A DNA stretch of 64,000 nucleotides from the IMG/VR virus record IMGVR_UViG_3300028833_000112, positions 1-64,000 of that record; one strand, given 5' to 3'. Position numbers and translations under genes: made by a program. The notes under the pieces were generated by a model. That model worked only from the letters and a program-made list of their open reading frames with translations. It had not been told where the DNA came from and did not search any database. Positions 28,588-38,000 of this stretch are shown piece after piece. The number at the start of each line of letters is the position of its first letter. The first letter of the stretch is position 1. The stretch comes from a virus. Its lineage: Duplodnaviria; Caudoviricetes.

Positions 28588-29056
28588 AGTCGCGGGCTTT
28601 GAGCCTGAAAGTTTCGTCGACGGCAACGGAATTCGATTCACGATTTTTTTCCAAGGGTGCACGCGTCATTGCAAAGGTTGCCATAATCCGCAGACACATG
28701 ACTTGAACGGCGGCATTGAGATGACCACGTATGAAATTATCCGCGAGATGGCAAAAAATTCTTTGGCGAGTGGAATCACACTTACGGGCGGGGAACCTTT
28801 GCTCCAGCTCAACGCCGCCATCGAACTCGCCAAAGCCGCTCAGCAGCTCGGATACAACGTTTGGTGCTACACCGGCTTTACTTACGAGAACTTGCCGCCG
28901 GGAGCTGACCGCCTGCTTGATTATATTGACGTGCTCGTCGACGGCGAGTATCGCGAGGACGAACGTGACCTTGAGTTACTCTTTTGCGGCTCAAGAAACC
29001 AGCGCGTCATCGACGTGAAACAATCCCGCGCGCAAGGGCGAATCGTCTGCCGATAA
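28577..29056 (+). CDS. nrdG: Anaerobic ribonucleotide reductase activating enzyme (radical SAM)
   Basis: SFVDGNGIR..IFFQGCTRHCKGCHNP (CxxxCxxC); TGGEP; WCYTG; DVLVDG; GSRNQR. Confidence 0.92.
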   Translation: MKIRVAGFEPESFVDGNGIRFTIFFQGCTRHCKGCHNPQTHDLNGGIEMTTYEIIREMAKNSLASGITLTGGEPLLQLNAAIELAKAAQQLGYNVWCYTGFTYENLPPGADRLLDYIDVLVDGEYREDERDLELLFCGSRNQRVIDVKQSRAQGRIVCR

Positions 29057-29299
29057 TTGTCTGCGCCTTGTCTGCACGGCGATAAATTTTCTCCCGAATC
29101 CGACTTCGCTCGTGACAGCAAAACGCCTGCATAATTACGCGATACTCACCTAATTTTTTTCTCCGTCTTGGGAAGTGATTTACCTTGATTTACCTCGGTG
29201 TGTCATGCTTCTCATAAAGATTCAAGTCCTTTCATTGCATAACTGCCGCCGCTTTCAAGAAATTTGTCTGCGCTTTGTCTGCGTCAGTGATTTGTCTGC
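29057..29299. other. Putative attP with integrase arm-type sites
   Basis: TTGTCTGC at 29057, 29068, 29264, 29275 and 29292 (two pairs with 11-bp period) flanking a ~190-bp gap; tandem GATTTACCT pair; directly downstream of integrase. Confidence 0.75.
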
Positions 29300-30474
29300 A
29301 AATTTTGTGTCCAAAGCTCGGCTAAATTTTCTTGTAGCTTCAGCGTGTTGTGTGTGTAAAGATTTTGTGTGATGAGTGTATTCGAGTGACCCAATCGATA
29401 TGCAACCGCCTTTGCCACTCCGCCCTGCTCAATTAATTGCGTGGCGTGTGTGTGGCGGAATGAATGCGCATTGAGCCCTTCGTCGCAAAGCAATTTCGTT
29501 AGAGCACCGCGCAATACCAATTGCCCGTCCGTCTTAACACACACCAGAGAAATTTGTTCGCCGACCGCCGATAATTTTTTCGGCTGACGACGGATGTGCC
29601 CGTCCGCTTCTTTGTAAACGCAAGTGTAATATTCACCGAGTGTCGCTTCATTCTCTGTCAAAAGATTTTTCCAGCGCGATAACTCTCCGAGTAAAAAATC
29701 GTCGACCAAAATGTATCGCTTGCTTGATTCGGTTTTAAGTGTCGTGAGAAAGTAGCCGCGCTTCTTCAAGTAAATCAGTTGCTGGGACAAATTTATTTTC
29801 TTCGACGCGAAGTCTATGTCGTCCCATGTCAAGCCGAGAACCTCTCCTATCCTCATGCCCGTGTGATACAATAGGAGCAGCGGAATATAATACGCCGTGC
29901 CGAACGGATATTTGCTCAGCAGTTTAGCAAATCGTTCGGGCGAAATGATTTGCCGCTTGACGACATTGCGCGGGGCGTTCTTGGGCACCTTAATGAAGCT
30001 CGCAGGATTTGAGTTAATCAGTTGCGACGGGTAAACCGCATAATTCAGCGCATTGCTCAGGAAAGCGTGTACACATGAAATTGTGTTGTATGACAGACTT
30101 AACTTTTGCAGGTCGCGAATCCATTTATCGAGCAACGCCGGTGTCAGTTCTTGCACTTTTACTTCGCCCAAATACGGCGCGATTCTGTTTGCCAAGTACG
30201 AGCGATAAACTTGCAAGGACGTTGGTTTGACATTGAGCGCGACCACATTGTCCAGCCATGCCGTCATAAAATCTTTCAGCGTGATTGCCTCCGATGTAAT
30301 TCCGATATTGCCGTGGAGAAAATCATTGAACGCCTCGACGCCGGCTTTGTACGCGGCCGCCTTTGTTGGGAACCCGCCCTTCTCCACCACTTTGCGCTTG
30401 CCGTCAGATTTTTTCCCCGCTTCGAAAATGTAGCTGAAAGTTTTGCCGCGTTTGCGCACTCTGACCTGCGCCAT
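29284..30474 (-). CDS. int: Tyrosine integrase
   Basis: Arm-binding N-domain; TGMRIGE, LKT, HSFRHTHAT, LGHS, Y catalytic motifs. Confidence 0.96.
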   Translation of the reverse strand: MAQVRVRKRGKTFSYIFEAGKKSDGKRKVVEKGGFPTKAAAYKAGVEAFNDFLHGNIGITSEAITLKDFMTAWLDNVVALNVKPTSLQVYRSYLANRIAPYLGEVKVQELTPALLDKWIRDLQKLSLSYNTISCVHAFLSNALNYAVYPSQLINSNPASFIKVPKNAPRNVVKRQIISPERFAKLLSKYPFGTAYYIPLLLLYHTGMRIGEVLGLTWDDIDFASKKINLSQQLIYLKKRGYFLTTLKTESSKRYILVDDFLLGELSRWKNLLTENEATLGEYYTCVYKEADGHIRRQPKKLSAVGEQISLVCVKTDGQLVLRGALTKLLCDEGLNAHSFRHTHATQLIEQGGVAKAVAYRLGHSNTLITQNLYTHNTLKLQENLAELWTQNLQTNH

Positions 30475-30479
30475 AAGAT

Positions 30480-32048
30480 TCACCCCTTGCCCTCCCACGC
30501 GGAGGGCTTTTTTTGTTTGCGTTCTTCCTTGAGCAAAAATTTTACTCGCTCATGCGCCGCCGAAAGTAATTCACTCACGTCGTGCCTGAATGATTCGCTG
30601 CGTGCCACGTCGGGGATTATGCCTTCGCGCTTCAATGACACGTTCGCGAAAAAAATTTCTGAACGTTGCGGGCTCTCGGCTAAAATTTTTTCTGTGAGTG
30701 GATAACCGTGCTCCGAAAATTTTTCCGTCAGCAATTCGGTCAACGCGTCGCGAAATTTGTCGGGATAATTTTTTATGTACCGCTTGTTCGTGAAGCCGAC
30801 CGCGCCCGCCAATTTCATGAGTGCGCCCGCGTTCAAAGACGATTTGAAATGCGCGAGGCACGCCAGTAACGTCGGCGACAAATTTATTTCTTCAAGCAGC
30901 AGCCGATTCAAAACGTCGGGGCGATTGCGGATGAGGCACGCCGCCACCAACGCCGTGCTTGAGTAGGCGTCAAAAGAATTGTTGACGTGATGAGCGCGCA
31001 ACCTCCGAATCATTTCAAACGCGCGGTTGAATTCGTCCACGTTGCCCGCCAGTAACCGCCGCTCCAAGCCGTAATAAAAAATAAACACGTAACCGATTTC
31101 AATTTCCGCCTCGACGTTGCGCAACCAGTTCAAATAAGTCGCGCGCGCGTTCGGCGTCATCGTCGCGTATGACGGATAATAATCCAGCTTGGGCGCGGGC
31201 GTGACCGATACGCCGAGAAAATCTGTCGTGCGAATCAAACTTGGCTCTTCCTCGCGCGGAAAAGTTATCGAAAAAAATTTTGCCGTGAACGTCGGGAGCG
31301 TCGCCGAATAATTTTTTCTGCGTCCGTCGCCGAACCAGAGCATTTGAATAACTTCGGGCGGAATTGCGTTGAGTGCTTGTTCCAAATCGCCGCCGCTCGG
31401 CACCACTGCCCTGCCGGATGAAGTTCGCGCCGCCAAAATTTTTCGCGCGTAATTTTTTGACGCTTCGGGCATATACTCCAGCCGATTCAGCGTCGCCAAA
31501 ATTTTTTCCACGCGTTTTTCTTTTGCCGCGGCTCGTTGCAGATTTTCAAGCTCAGCGATTTGTTTGCCGAGGTATCTGTCGATTGCCGCGTCGAAGAGAT
31601 TTATCTTTTGCTCCGGTCGTTGCAACCGTTCAAGTTCTTTTCTGTACACATCAAAATCCGCTGAAGGTATCGCCGCCAATTTTGCCCCGAAGCGCAGGCA
31701 GTCGCCGTATCTGTCGTTGACCGTCTCAATGTTCGCCGAAGTCTCCACCAAATTCATTGACTCGATAAAAATATTTATTAAGCGGGCGGCGTCCGCGGTT
31801 TCATTTGAATATGGCATGGGCGGCAGTTGCGCCGGCGTTTCTTTGACTTCATAAATCGTGTCGCGCGCGTCTTGATATGAGCCGCCCGATTTCCCGCCCG
31901 CGCTGAAGATTATGTACACGAACAGCCCGACCGCCGACAGTGCGAGGAGTATCTGCCAATACTCGCCGATGAATTTTATGACAGCCCACAGCACCGCGAC
32001 GATTATTAAAATCGCTATCCAACCGCCGTCATTTTGCTTCCGCGCCAT
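30480..32048 (-). CDS. Membrane-anchored TerB-N domain protein (lysogeny-module moron)
   Basis: Two N-terminal hydrophobic segments; YYPSY..MTP..RATYLNWL...IGYVFIFYYGLERRLL. Confidence 0.8.
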   Translation of the reverse strand: MARKQNDGGWIAILIIVAVLWAVIKFIGEYWQILLALSAVGLFVYIIFSAGGKSGGSYQDARDTIYEVKETPAQLPPMPYSNETADAARLINIFIESMNLVETSANIETVNDRYGDCLRFGAKLAAIPSADFDVYRKELERLQRPEQKINLFDAAIDRYLGKQIAELENLQRAAAKEKRVEKILATLNRLEYMPEASKNYARKILAARTSSGRAVVPSGGDLEQALNAIPPEVIQMLWFGDGRRKNYSATLPTFTAKFFSITFPREEEPSLIRTTDFLGVSVTPAPKLDYYPSYATMTPNARATYLNWLRNVEAEIEIGYVFIFYYGLERRLLAGNVDEFNRAFEMIRRLRAHHVNNSFDAYSSTALVAACLIRNRPDVLNRLLLEEINLSPTLLACLAHFKSSLNAGALMKLAGAVGFTNKRYIKNYPDKFRDALTELLTEKFSEHGYPLTEKILAESPQRSEIFFANVSLKREGIIPDVARSESFRHDVSELLSAAHERVKFLLKEERKQKKPSAWEGKG

Positions 32049-32274
32049 CGCCGCCCCGCTCTTTACCGTTCATGTAAACTGAACCGCCGACCGCCACTAT
32101 ACTGTTGTCAGTGGCTTGGTTGTTGCTCATTAACTCCATGCGCGCGAAAAATTTTCCGTGCCTCGCCAGAGTCTGGCACATGGTCAGCGCGAACTCCCGG
32201 CAGTCGACACTCATCGCGCGATATGTGCCAACCAACTGTTTCTCGTCCGTCGTGAGTTCCACCAATTCATTCAT
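32029..32274 (-). CDS. Small protein resembling repressor C-terminal region
   Basis: LTTDEKQLVGTYRAM resembles LNADEQELIRQYRAL of the adjacent repressor. Confidence 0.55.
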   Translation of the reverse strand: MNELVELTTDEKQLVGTYRAMSVDCREFALTMCQTLARHGKFFARMELMSNNQATDNSIVAVGGSVYMNGKERGGDGAEAK

Positions 32275-32376
32275 CTCAATCCCTCCAAAAGAAAAATCCC
32301 TCGGCATTTCTGCTTTGGGATTTTAATATTTTTTTAGCCAAAAGGCAAATTCATTTCGCGATTTTCACCAAGTTGC

Positions 32377-32784
32377 TCACCCAGCTCCAATCGCAGTCGG
32401 CAAGTCTTTTTGAAAAGACGCCAGCGCGTCATCATACTCGCCTTTTAATGTTCGTTGAATGCGACGTTGCCCGGCGGCATCCAGTGCTCGATACTGCCTG
32501 ATTAATTCCTGTTCGTCAGCGTTCAATGGTTCTTCCGATTTTTCGTAAAAAATTATTTCGCCATGACCGAGGCCATCCGCACTTATGCCCAGTTCGGCAC
32601 AAATTTTGAACACGTTGCCCAGCCCTGAATTTAGTACACCGCGCTTTAAAATGCTTACGACTGTTTGATTTGGCAACCCTATTACTTCCGAGAACGCCGA
32701 CACGCTTTTATAGCGCGCCAAAATTAAGCACTTCAGCCGCTCCTCAACTGTTCCTGCTTGTTCTTCGGTAACCACGACTTTCAC
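32377..32784 (-). CDS. CI-like HTH repressor (no peptidase domain)
   Basis: SVSAFSEVIGLPNQTVVSILKRG...KICAELGIS; divergent from Cro-like gene. Confidence 0.85.
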   Translation of the reverse strand: MKVVVTEEQAGTVEERLKCLILARYKSVSAFSEVIGLPNQTVVSILKRGVLNSGLGNVFKICAELGISADGLGHGEIIFYEKSEEPLNADEQELIRQYRALDAAGQRRIQRTLKGEYDDALASFQKDLPTAIGAG

Positions 32785-32837
32785 CTCCTTTTGTTATAGA
32801 GTATACATTACCCCTTACGATTTTTCAACCTTTTTTT

Positions 32838-32910
32838 ATGAATTTTCATTGGCGCACATTGACATTTATTAAAATTCATATATAATAAGCGTGGTTATGA
32901 ATATTCATAA
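32838..32910. promoter_or_regulatory. Lysis/lysogeny switch: three operators and rightward promoter
   Basis: ATGAATTTTCAT (32838), ATTAAAATTCAT (32868), perfect palindrome TTATGAATATTCATAA (32895-32910); TTGACA 32859 and TATAAT 32881. Confidence 0.8.
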
Positions 32911-32927
32911 ATCGAGGAGGTGAAATT

Positions 32928-33143
32928 ATGTATCCGAACTTGGAAGCTGAGCTTAAGCGGCGCAACTTCAAACGAGCCGACATTGCCAAATGTTTGGGGA
33001 TTGGTCTTTCAGCCGTCTCTGACAAAATGCAACACAAAAGCGACTTCTCTCTTGCCGCCGCCATCGCGATTAAAAAATTCCTCGGCGTCGATTACAGCCT
33101 CGAATATCTTTTCGCCAGAGATGACGAACCGCAGACAGCTTGA
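32928..33143 (+). CDS. Cro-like HTH protein
   Basis: MYPNLEAELKRR...DIAKCLGI...SLEYLF. Confidence 0.88.
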   Translation: MYPNLEAELKRRNFKRADIAKCLGIGLSAVSDKMQHKSDFSLAAAIAIKKFLGVDYSLEYLFARDDEPQTA

Positions 33144-33173
33144 ACTCCGTCGTTCCTTGAGAACCGAATAGAG

Positions 33174-33899
33174 GTGAGCTTTATGAACGATTTGGTTTTC
33201 CTGAAAAACAAACAGCCCGTGACCACGAGTTTGATTATCGCTGAGGGCACGGGCAACGAGCACAAGTCGGTTATCCGCCTCATCAACGAGCATAAAAAAT
33301 ATTTTGAGCGTTGGGGCAAAATTTATTTTAGCGATTTGAAATCGCCAAATAAAAATGACGACCTTCGCGGACGCCCGACTAAAGTTGCTTATCTCAATGA
33401 ACCGCAGGCGACGTTTCTCATCACACTCCTGCGCAATACAGAAATCGTTCTTGAATTCAAAAATGAACTCGTAGACCGATTCTATAAGATGCGCGAGATT
33501 CTGCTCAACCAACAGAACGCTCAGTGGCAGGAACTTCGTGCGGCGACCAAGACCGGCTACAAAACTTTGTCGGACGCTGTGCATATGATTTATCAGCTGG
33601 CGGTGGCGGCGGGAAGTAAAACCCCCGAAAAAAGATTTTATCAAAATTTCGCAGGGCTCATAAACCGAACACTCGGTATCGACCCGAAATCGCGTGACGT
33701 GCTCGAACTGTGGCAACTCTTTGAAGTTGAGAAACTCCAATTCATTGCGCAAACGGTTATCGAAGGGCTCGTTGCTCAAAAAGGCGTCGATTATCATCAG
33801 CCTTACAAAGCATGCAAAACCGCGTTCGAGAGTTATGCGCGGCTGTCATACATCAACGAACGCTTGCTGGTCGCGTGCCATGAACTTCAACAATCTTAA
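33174..33899 (+). CDS. Rha family regulator
   Basis: TTSLIIAEG....HKSVIRLI...GRP...YLNEPQATFLIT...FK..LV..FY.M. Confidence 0.88.
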   Translation: MSFMNDLVFLKNKQPVTTSLIIAEGTGNEHKSVIRLINEHKKYFERWGKIYFSDLKSPNKNDDLRGRPTKVAYLNEPQATFLITLLRNTEIVLEFKNELVDRFYKMREILLNQQNAQWQELRAATKTGYKTLSDAVHMIYQLAVAAGSKTPEKRFYQNFAGLINRTLGIDPKSRDVLELWQLFEVEKLQFIAQTVIEGLVAQKGVDYHQPYKACKTAFESYARLSYINERLLVACHELQQS

Positions 33900-34230
33900 C
33901 GAACTGCGGGAGGCTGCCGAATATGCCGAGCGCATCCAAGCCGCCGCGAAAGAAATTATCCCGCTCATCGAAGCTCTTAAAAACCTCGAAGGCAAAATGA
34001 TTATCCCGGCTCCGACTGACCGTTTGGTTAAGGCGGGCGAAGCTGCCAAAATCCTCGGCGTGAGTAAAACTTCTATCAGCGACTTCGTGCGGGTGGGACT
34101 CCTCGTTCCCGTCTACGTCGACTCCGAACGCAGAAAATTTTGGCTCAGCGATGTCATGGCTCTGCCGAAAAAATCTCCGTGGTCAGTCAAAGATTCAGGC
34201 GATAAACGCGGGCGACGGGAAAAATCTTAA
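33880..34230 (+). CDS. Excisionase-like HTH protein
   Basis: LVKAGEAAKILGVSKTSISDFVRVG...RKFWLSDV. Confidence 0.65.
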   Translation: MNFNNLNELREAAEYAERIQAAAKEIIPLIEALKNLEGKMIIPAPTDRLVKAGEAAKILGVSKTSISDFVRVGLLVPVYVDSERRKFWLSDVMALPKKSPWSVKDSGDKRGRREKS

Positions 34231-34237
34231 TTAAGTG

Positions 34238-34455
34238 AGGTGAACCTTCCGCCTCGCAATCTACGTGTCGGCAGCCTTCCTTGCGTCGGCACATATTAAA
34301 CTCAAAAACCAAACCGTCGCCTTGCGTTTTTTATAACTGAGGCGCGAGCAGTGCTCCAAGGTACCGTTTGATGTTCATTCAAAATTTAATCGTGAACAGA
34401 AAGACCCTAAACCTTACGCTCTAAATTTTTGAACACACGCACTGCCCGTTGCCTT
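34238..34455 (+). ncRNA. Putative structured RNA/leader
   Basis: Two hairpins with CCTTCC loops, plus long stem GGCGCGAGCAGTGC...GCACTGCCCGTTGCC with inner AAAATTTA/TAAATTTT pairing. Confidence 0.4.
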
Positions 34456-35038
34456 TTTCATGAGGAGGTATGTTATGGAAACGACGGTCGAATATCTTAT
34501 CATCCCGCCCGACGGCAAATTCGAAAAGACACCCGAACAGGCAAAAATGATTCGCGCGTTGTTCTCCGATGAAGACGGCATTGACAAACTCAATATCAAA
34601 TTCCATGAGATTTACTCCGTCGAGACTCCGGCAAAAAACAATAAGAGTTGCAACAATGCCATCGGCAACGGAGCATTCGTCAACGTGAGGTGATTCGCGT
34701 GTTCGTCTTCGACAAGGATGAAGCCATGCGCGCGTTCCTCGCAAGACGTCAATCGATACGAGCCGTGGCGCAGGAAGCAGGTGTCAGCGGTTATACGCTC
34801 CAAAAAGCATTCCTCGGTCAGCCGTTGATGTCAGAACCCGCTGCCAAAATCGCCATAGCTCTCGACCTTGAGCCGAAGTGGATTGACGCGCCACACAAAA
34901 GGAAGGACACGTCATGAAGAAGCGTTGCAAAAGATTGTGCGACCGCTGCGACGGGCAATCTCATCTGAGTAAGTTTTGCCCCGCGACGTGTTTCAAACGC
35001 CGGGACAAGCCCGAACAATCGCAGAGGAGTGAAAAACC

Positions 35039-35215
35039 ATGTTCAAAAAAATCTTCAGAACGCTCTTAATCATCACAATCGTGGCGACGGTGCTTAATCT
35101 CTTAAGCGCGGAGTACGGCTCGGCAAGTCGTTTGCTCAATTACATCATGGGCTTTTTGAACGGCGCGAGTTGGGTCGTGCTCTTCGAAGTTTACAAAAAC
35201 GGGGAGGATGATTAG
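35039..35215 (+). CDS. Small membrane protein
   Basis: AGAGGAG RBS; hydrophobic; GFLNGASW motif; not in the ORF track. Confidence 0.6.
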   Translation: MFKKIFRTLLIITIVATVLNLLSAEYGSASRLLNYIMGFLNGASWVVLFEVYKNGEDD

Positions 35216-35410
35216 ATGCTTGAACATCTGACTGTGGCTAAACTCTTCGCGCTGACCGTGGCGACCGTCGTGGCGACTCTGCGCCTCGTCGGCTCCGTCG
35301 TGTTCTTCGAGCCGCCCGCCTTCTTCGGATTCGCATTCGGATTTTTGAACGGCGCGAGCTGGATTGGGCTTCTCACTCTTTATCTTCGCTATTGGGAGGA
35401 ATTCGCATGA
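35216..35410 (+). CDS. Small membrane protein, paralogue of previous
   Basis: Hydrophobic; GFLNGASW motif. Confidence 0.6.
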   Translation: MLEHLTVAKLFALTVATVVATLRLVGSVVFFEPPAFFGFAFGFLNGASWIGLLTLYLRYWEEFA

Positions 35411-35542
35411 GTTATGCACAGTTAAGACTTGAAACGTGGCGTCTGTGGAAGGCGTGGCAAGATGAAACCGACCCGAAGCTCAAGGAAGAGCGGCGCAAAA
35501 TTTTTCAGCAAGCGCGGATTGAATTTTTGAGGATGAGGAACC

Positions 35543-35830
35543 ATGAGACTAATTAAATTTCGCGGGCGCACTCGGAACGGCGACGTTTATTACGGTGGCT
35601 GTATGCAAATCTTGCACACAGGCACAACCTATATCGTCGGCGGTAGTGGTGGTGGCAGTCATCGTAAATTTTATCGCGTTAAGCCTGAAACTATTCAACA
35701 GCTTGTCGGCTATGACCGCAACGGCGAGGAAGTCTACGAGGGCGACACACTCATCGACGACCCGGAGAATGAATTCACCGCAGAAATTTACATGCGCCCT
35801 GAACAGATTGAACGGCTAATTTTAAGATAA
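35543..35830 (+). CDS. YopX-like protein
   Basis: IKFRGR...VKPETIQQLVGYDRNGEEVYEGD. Confidence 0.8.
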   Translation: MRLIKFRGRTRNGDVYYGGCMQILHTGTTYIVGGSGGGSHRKFYRVKPETIQQLVGYDRNGEEVYEGDTLIDDPENEFTAEIYMRPEQIERLILR

Positions 35831-36221
35831 ACGCAGTCGACGTGCTCCGCCTCTCTTTCGACATGACGACTCCGCCGAAAACTTGGCAACGGCTCGTCGA
35901 CTGATTTTTACGCTTGCTAAGTGTCGGGCGTCGGAAATATTTCAGAGCAAAAGCTCAAGGAAAAGGATGTGAATTCAACCTCCGCCTTAACGCTGACGCC
36001 CCACACTTTCATAAAGGAGATTGTATGGAGCCGATTACGATTAACTGCGAAGGCTTGAGCAAGAAACGAATCGTTGAGCTGGCGGACAAACTGCAACCGC
36101 TTTATCGCATGGTCACTATCGACGACGAAAAAATTTTTCTCGATAAGCCGACCTGCGAAGACTCCTCAGCGGTTCTGCCTTTTATCGTTGCTCAATACTT
36201 CGCCGACGAGAGGCATTCGTC

Positions 36222-36560
36222 ATGAAGTGTCAGAGATGTGGGCGTGAACTCGGCGATGTACATTACAAGCAAAAGTATTGTGCGGTTTGTCGATGGGAAG
36301 TGAAACGCGAACGTGACCGCAACTATTACAGAAAGAAAAGAGCCTTGAAGAAACTCCTCAAAGCCGAAGCCCAAAAACTTAAACCGCCTGCCCCGCCGAA
36401 GCGGGCGACCTGCTTGCACTGCCACAAAAAATTTGAACCGAGATATCGCGGAGAAAAATATTGCTCCGAAGAGTGTTACGAGCACAGCCCGTTCAGAATC
36501 ATGTGTCGGCAAAACCCGCGCGTGCTGAAATATTTTTACCGACTGATTGAAGAGGATTGA
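36222..36560 (+). CDS. Cys-rich zinc-finger protein
   Basis: CQRC, KYCAVC, CLHC, YCSEEC. Confidence 0.65.
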   Translation: MKCQRCGRELGDVHYKQKYCAVCRWEVKRERDRNYYRKKRALKKLLKAEAQKLKPPAPPKRATCLHCHKKFEPRYRGEKYCSEECYEHSPFRIMCRQNPRVLKYFYRLIEED

Positions 36561-36654
36561 GCATGGAATTTTTACTCGCACTGACCTTCCCGATTTGGAG
36601 TGCGCCGCTTCTCGTTTTGCTCGGTAAAGCCGGGGCTCGCGTCTTAAAAATCTT

Positions 36655-36951
36655 TTGGAGGTGATTCACCTGACTGAAGAGCAAAAAGAAATTGAACGCA
36701 GATTTGAACTCGGTATCTGCCAATTCAACATGCTGATTGAGTATGAAAGAAAACACGTACCGCACGACCTCACCTTCGATGGCGACCCGACTCTGCCACA
36801 GATATTGGAAGCCGCGCGTGACGCTTTCATGGAGTTGCACGTTGATTGGCGGGCGCACATCGGCGACCCTGTGATGGACAAGCGCGAAGCCGTCAGCCGA
36901 TTGCTTGTCAAACTCGCCGCAGACATCGCAAACGGCAAAGTTGATTTATGA
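36655..36951 (+). CDS. Hypothetical protein
   Basis: ORF with RBS in the early operon. Confidence 0.5.
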   Translation: MEVIHLTEEQKEIERRFELGICQFNMLIEYERKHVPHDLTFDGDPTLPQILEAARDAFMELHVDWRAHIGDPVMDKREAVSRLLVKLAADIANGKVDL

Positions 36952-37184
36952 GGAGTGATTCATTTGGAAATTACATTCGTCGGTTCGCCCGAAGAGTGGC
37001 ACGCGACCTTTGACCACTGCACGCCGAAAAAGTGTGAATCAAAATCTTTCGTTCGGAAAAATATTCTCCACGGCTACGAGTCCGTCGAAGACGACGCAAT
37101 CAGGGGACGAACTTGCGCACCGACCTTTCTCGGACGACGAATATGCCCCAAATTTCAGGCTGAGCAAAACTAATACGCTGTAAG

Positions 37185-37562
37185 GTTGACCCCTGCCGCT
37201 AATCGGCGCGGGCGGCAGGTGTGAGCCTTTAGCCGAGGCTCAAGCCATTCCCTCTATTCATTTTTCAAAGAACTCAATCGCAAGATTGACACCAGCCGCC
37301 GTTGTTCCATGACCTCCAAATGACGGCGGTGAGTGTGAGTCTTGCAAAAGACTCAAGCAGTGGACGCGAGTGACAGTTCAGCCGAAGATGAATTGCGATT
37401 CGCCGAAACTGCAAGCCCTTTCGTGGGCGGTTGCTTGATAAATCTCCTTTCAGAGAGCCTCCGTGCTCAACGAGCCCCTACGGGGGCTCAACACGCGAGC
37501 AACAGATTAGTGCCGTGGTCGACATCAACCCCGGCGTCGGTTCGAGTCCGACTGCCCGCCTA
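37185..37562 (+). ncRNA. Putative structured ncRNA ending in a tRNA-like domain
   Basis: At least 8 hairpins incl. GCAA and TACG tetraloops; T-arm GTCGG-TTCGAGT-CCGAC at 37536-37552. Confidence 0.55.
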
Positions 37563-37601
37563 TCATCAACGCACGTCACGTGCAGAAAGGAGGAGAAACA
37601 G

Positions 37602-38000
37602 ATGGCAAAAACTTTTGACCTTACCGACGAGGAACTCGATGCTTTTGCTTCTTGGATGGCATATGAAATAATGTGCCCTTTCTCTATGGACAAATCTTGT
37701 TACAAAAAATCTTATCCCCGAGACGTGTTTCGCATCTCTTATCGTAAATCTGTTTGGCTTTGCCATGAACACATAACCATCGTTGCATTGTTTATCAAAC
37801 ACATTCTTTACGAATTTAATAAAACAGGCAAAACAACTGGATTTGATTGGTTAGGGATATTGGAAACCCTTACTGAAATGATTGGGATGAAAAACTCATT
37901 AATTGACTACAGCCGCGATATTGATTTAAGGGCGATTTGCATGTCATTTACTGAGAAATTCCCTGACTTTGTTAAGCTTGTCGAAGAAGGTGATTTTTAA
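37602..38000 (+). CDS. Hypothetical protein
   Basis: AAGGAGG RBS; AT-richer ORF. Confidence 0.6.
   Translation: MAKTFDLTDEELDAFASWMAYEIMCPFSMDKSCYKKSYPRDVFRISYRKSVWLCHEHITIVALFIKHILYEFNKTGKTTGFDWLGILETLTEMIGMKNSLIDYSRDIDLRAICMSFTEKFPDFVKLVEEGDF

Noticed and set aside
29166-29176. CTTGGGAAG as a tRNA-Gly(CCC) anticodon-loop att core
   Set aside because: Only 9 nt match; flanks do not rebuild either tRNA half
37208-37562. tmRNA or canonical tRNA
   Set aside because: No G3-U70 pair, no tmRNA 5' motif, no D arm or 7-nt anticodon loop, no CCA; kept only as a tRNA-like ncRNA
37342-37671. 109-aa ORF over the structured region
   Set aside because: No RBS; overlaps the gene starting at 37602 in another frame; hairpin density favours an RNA
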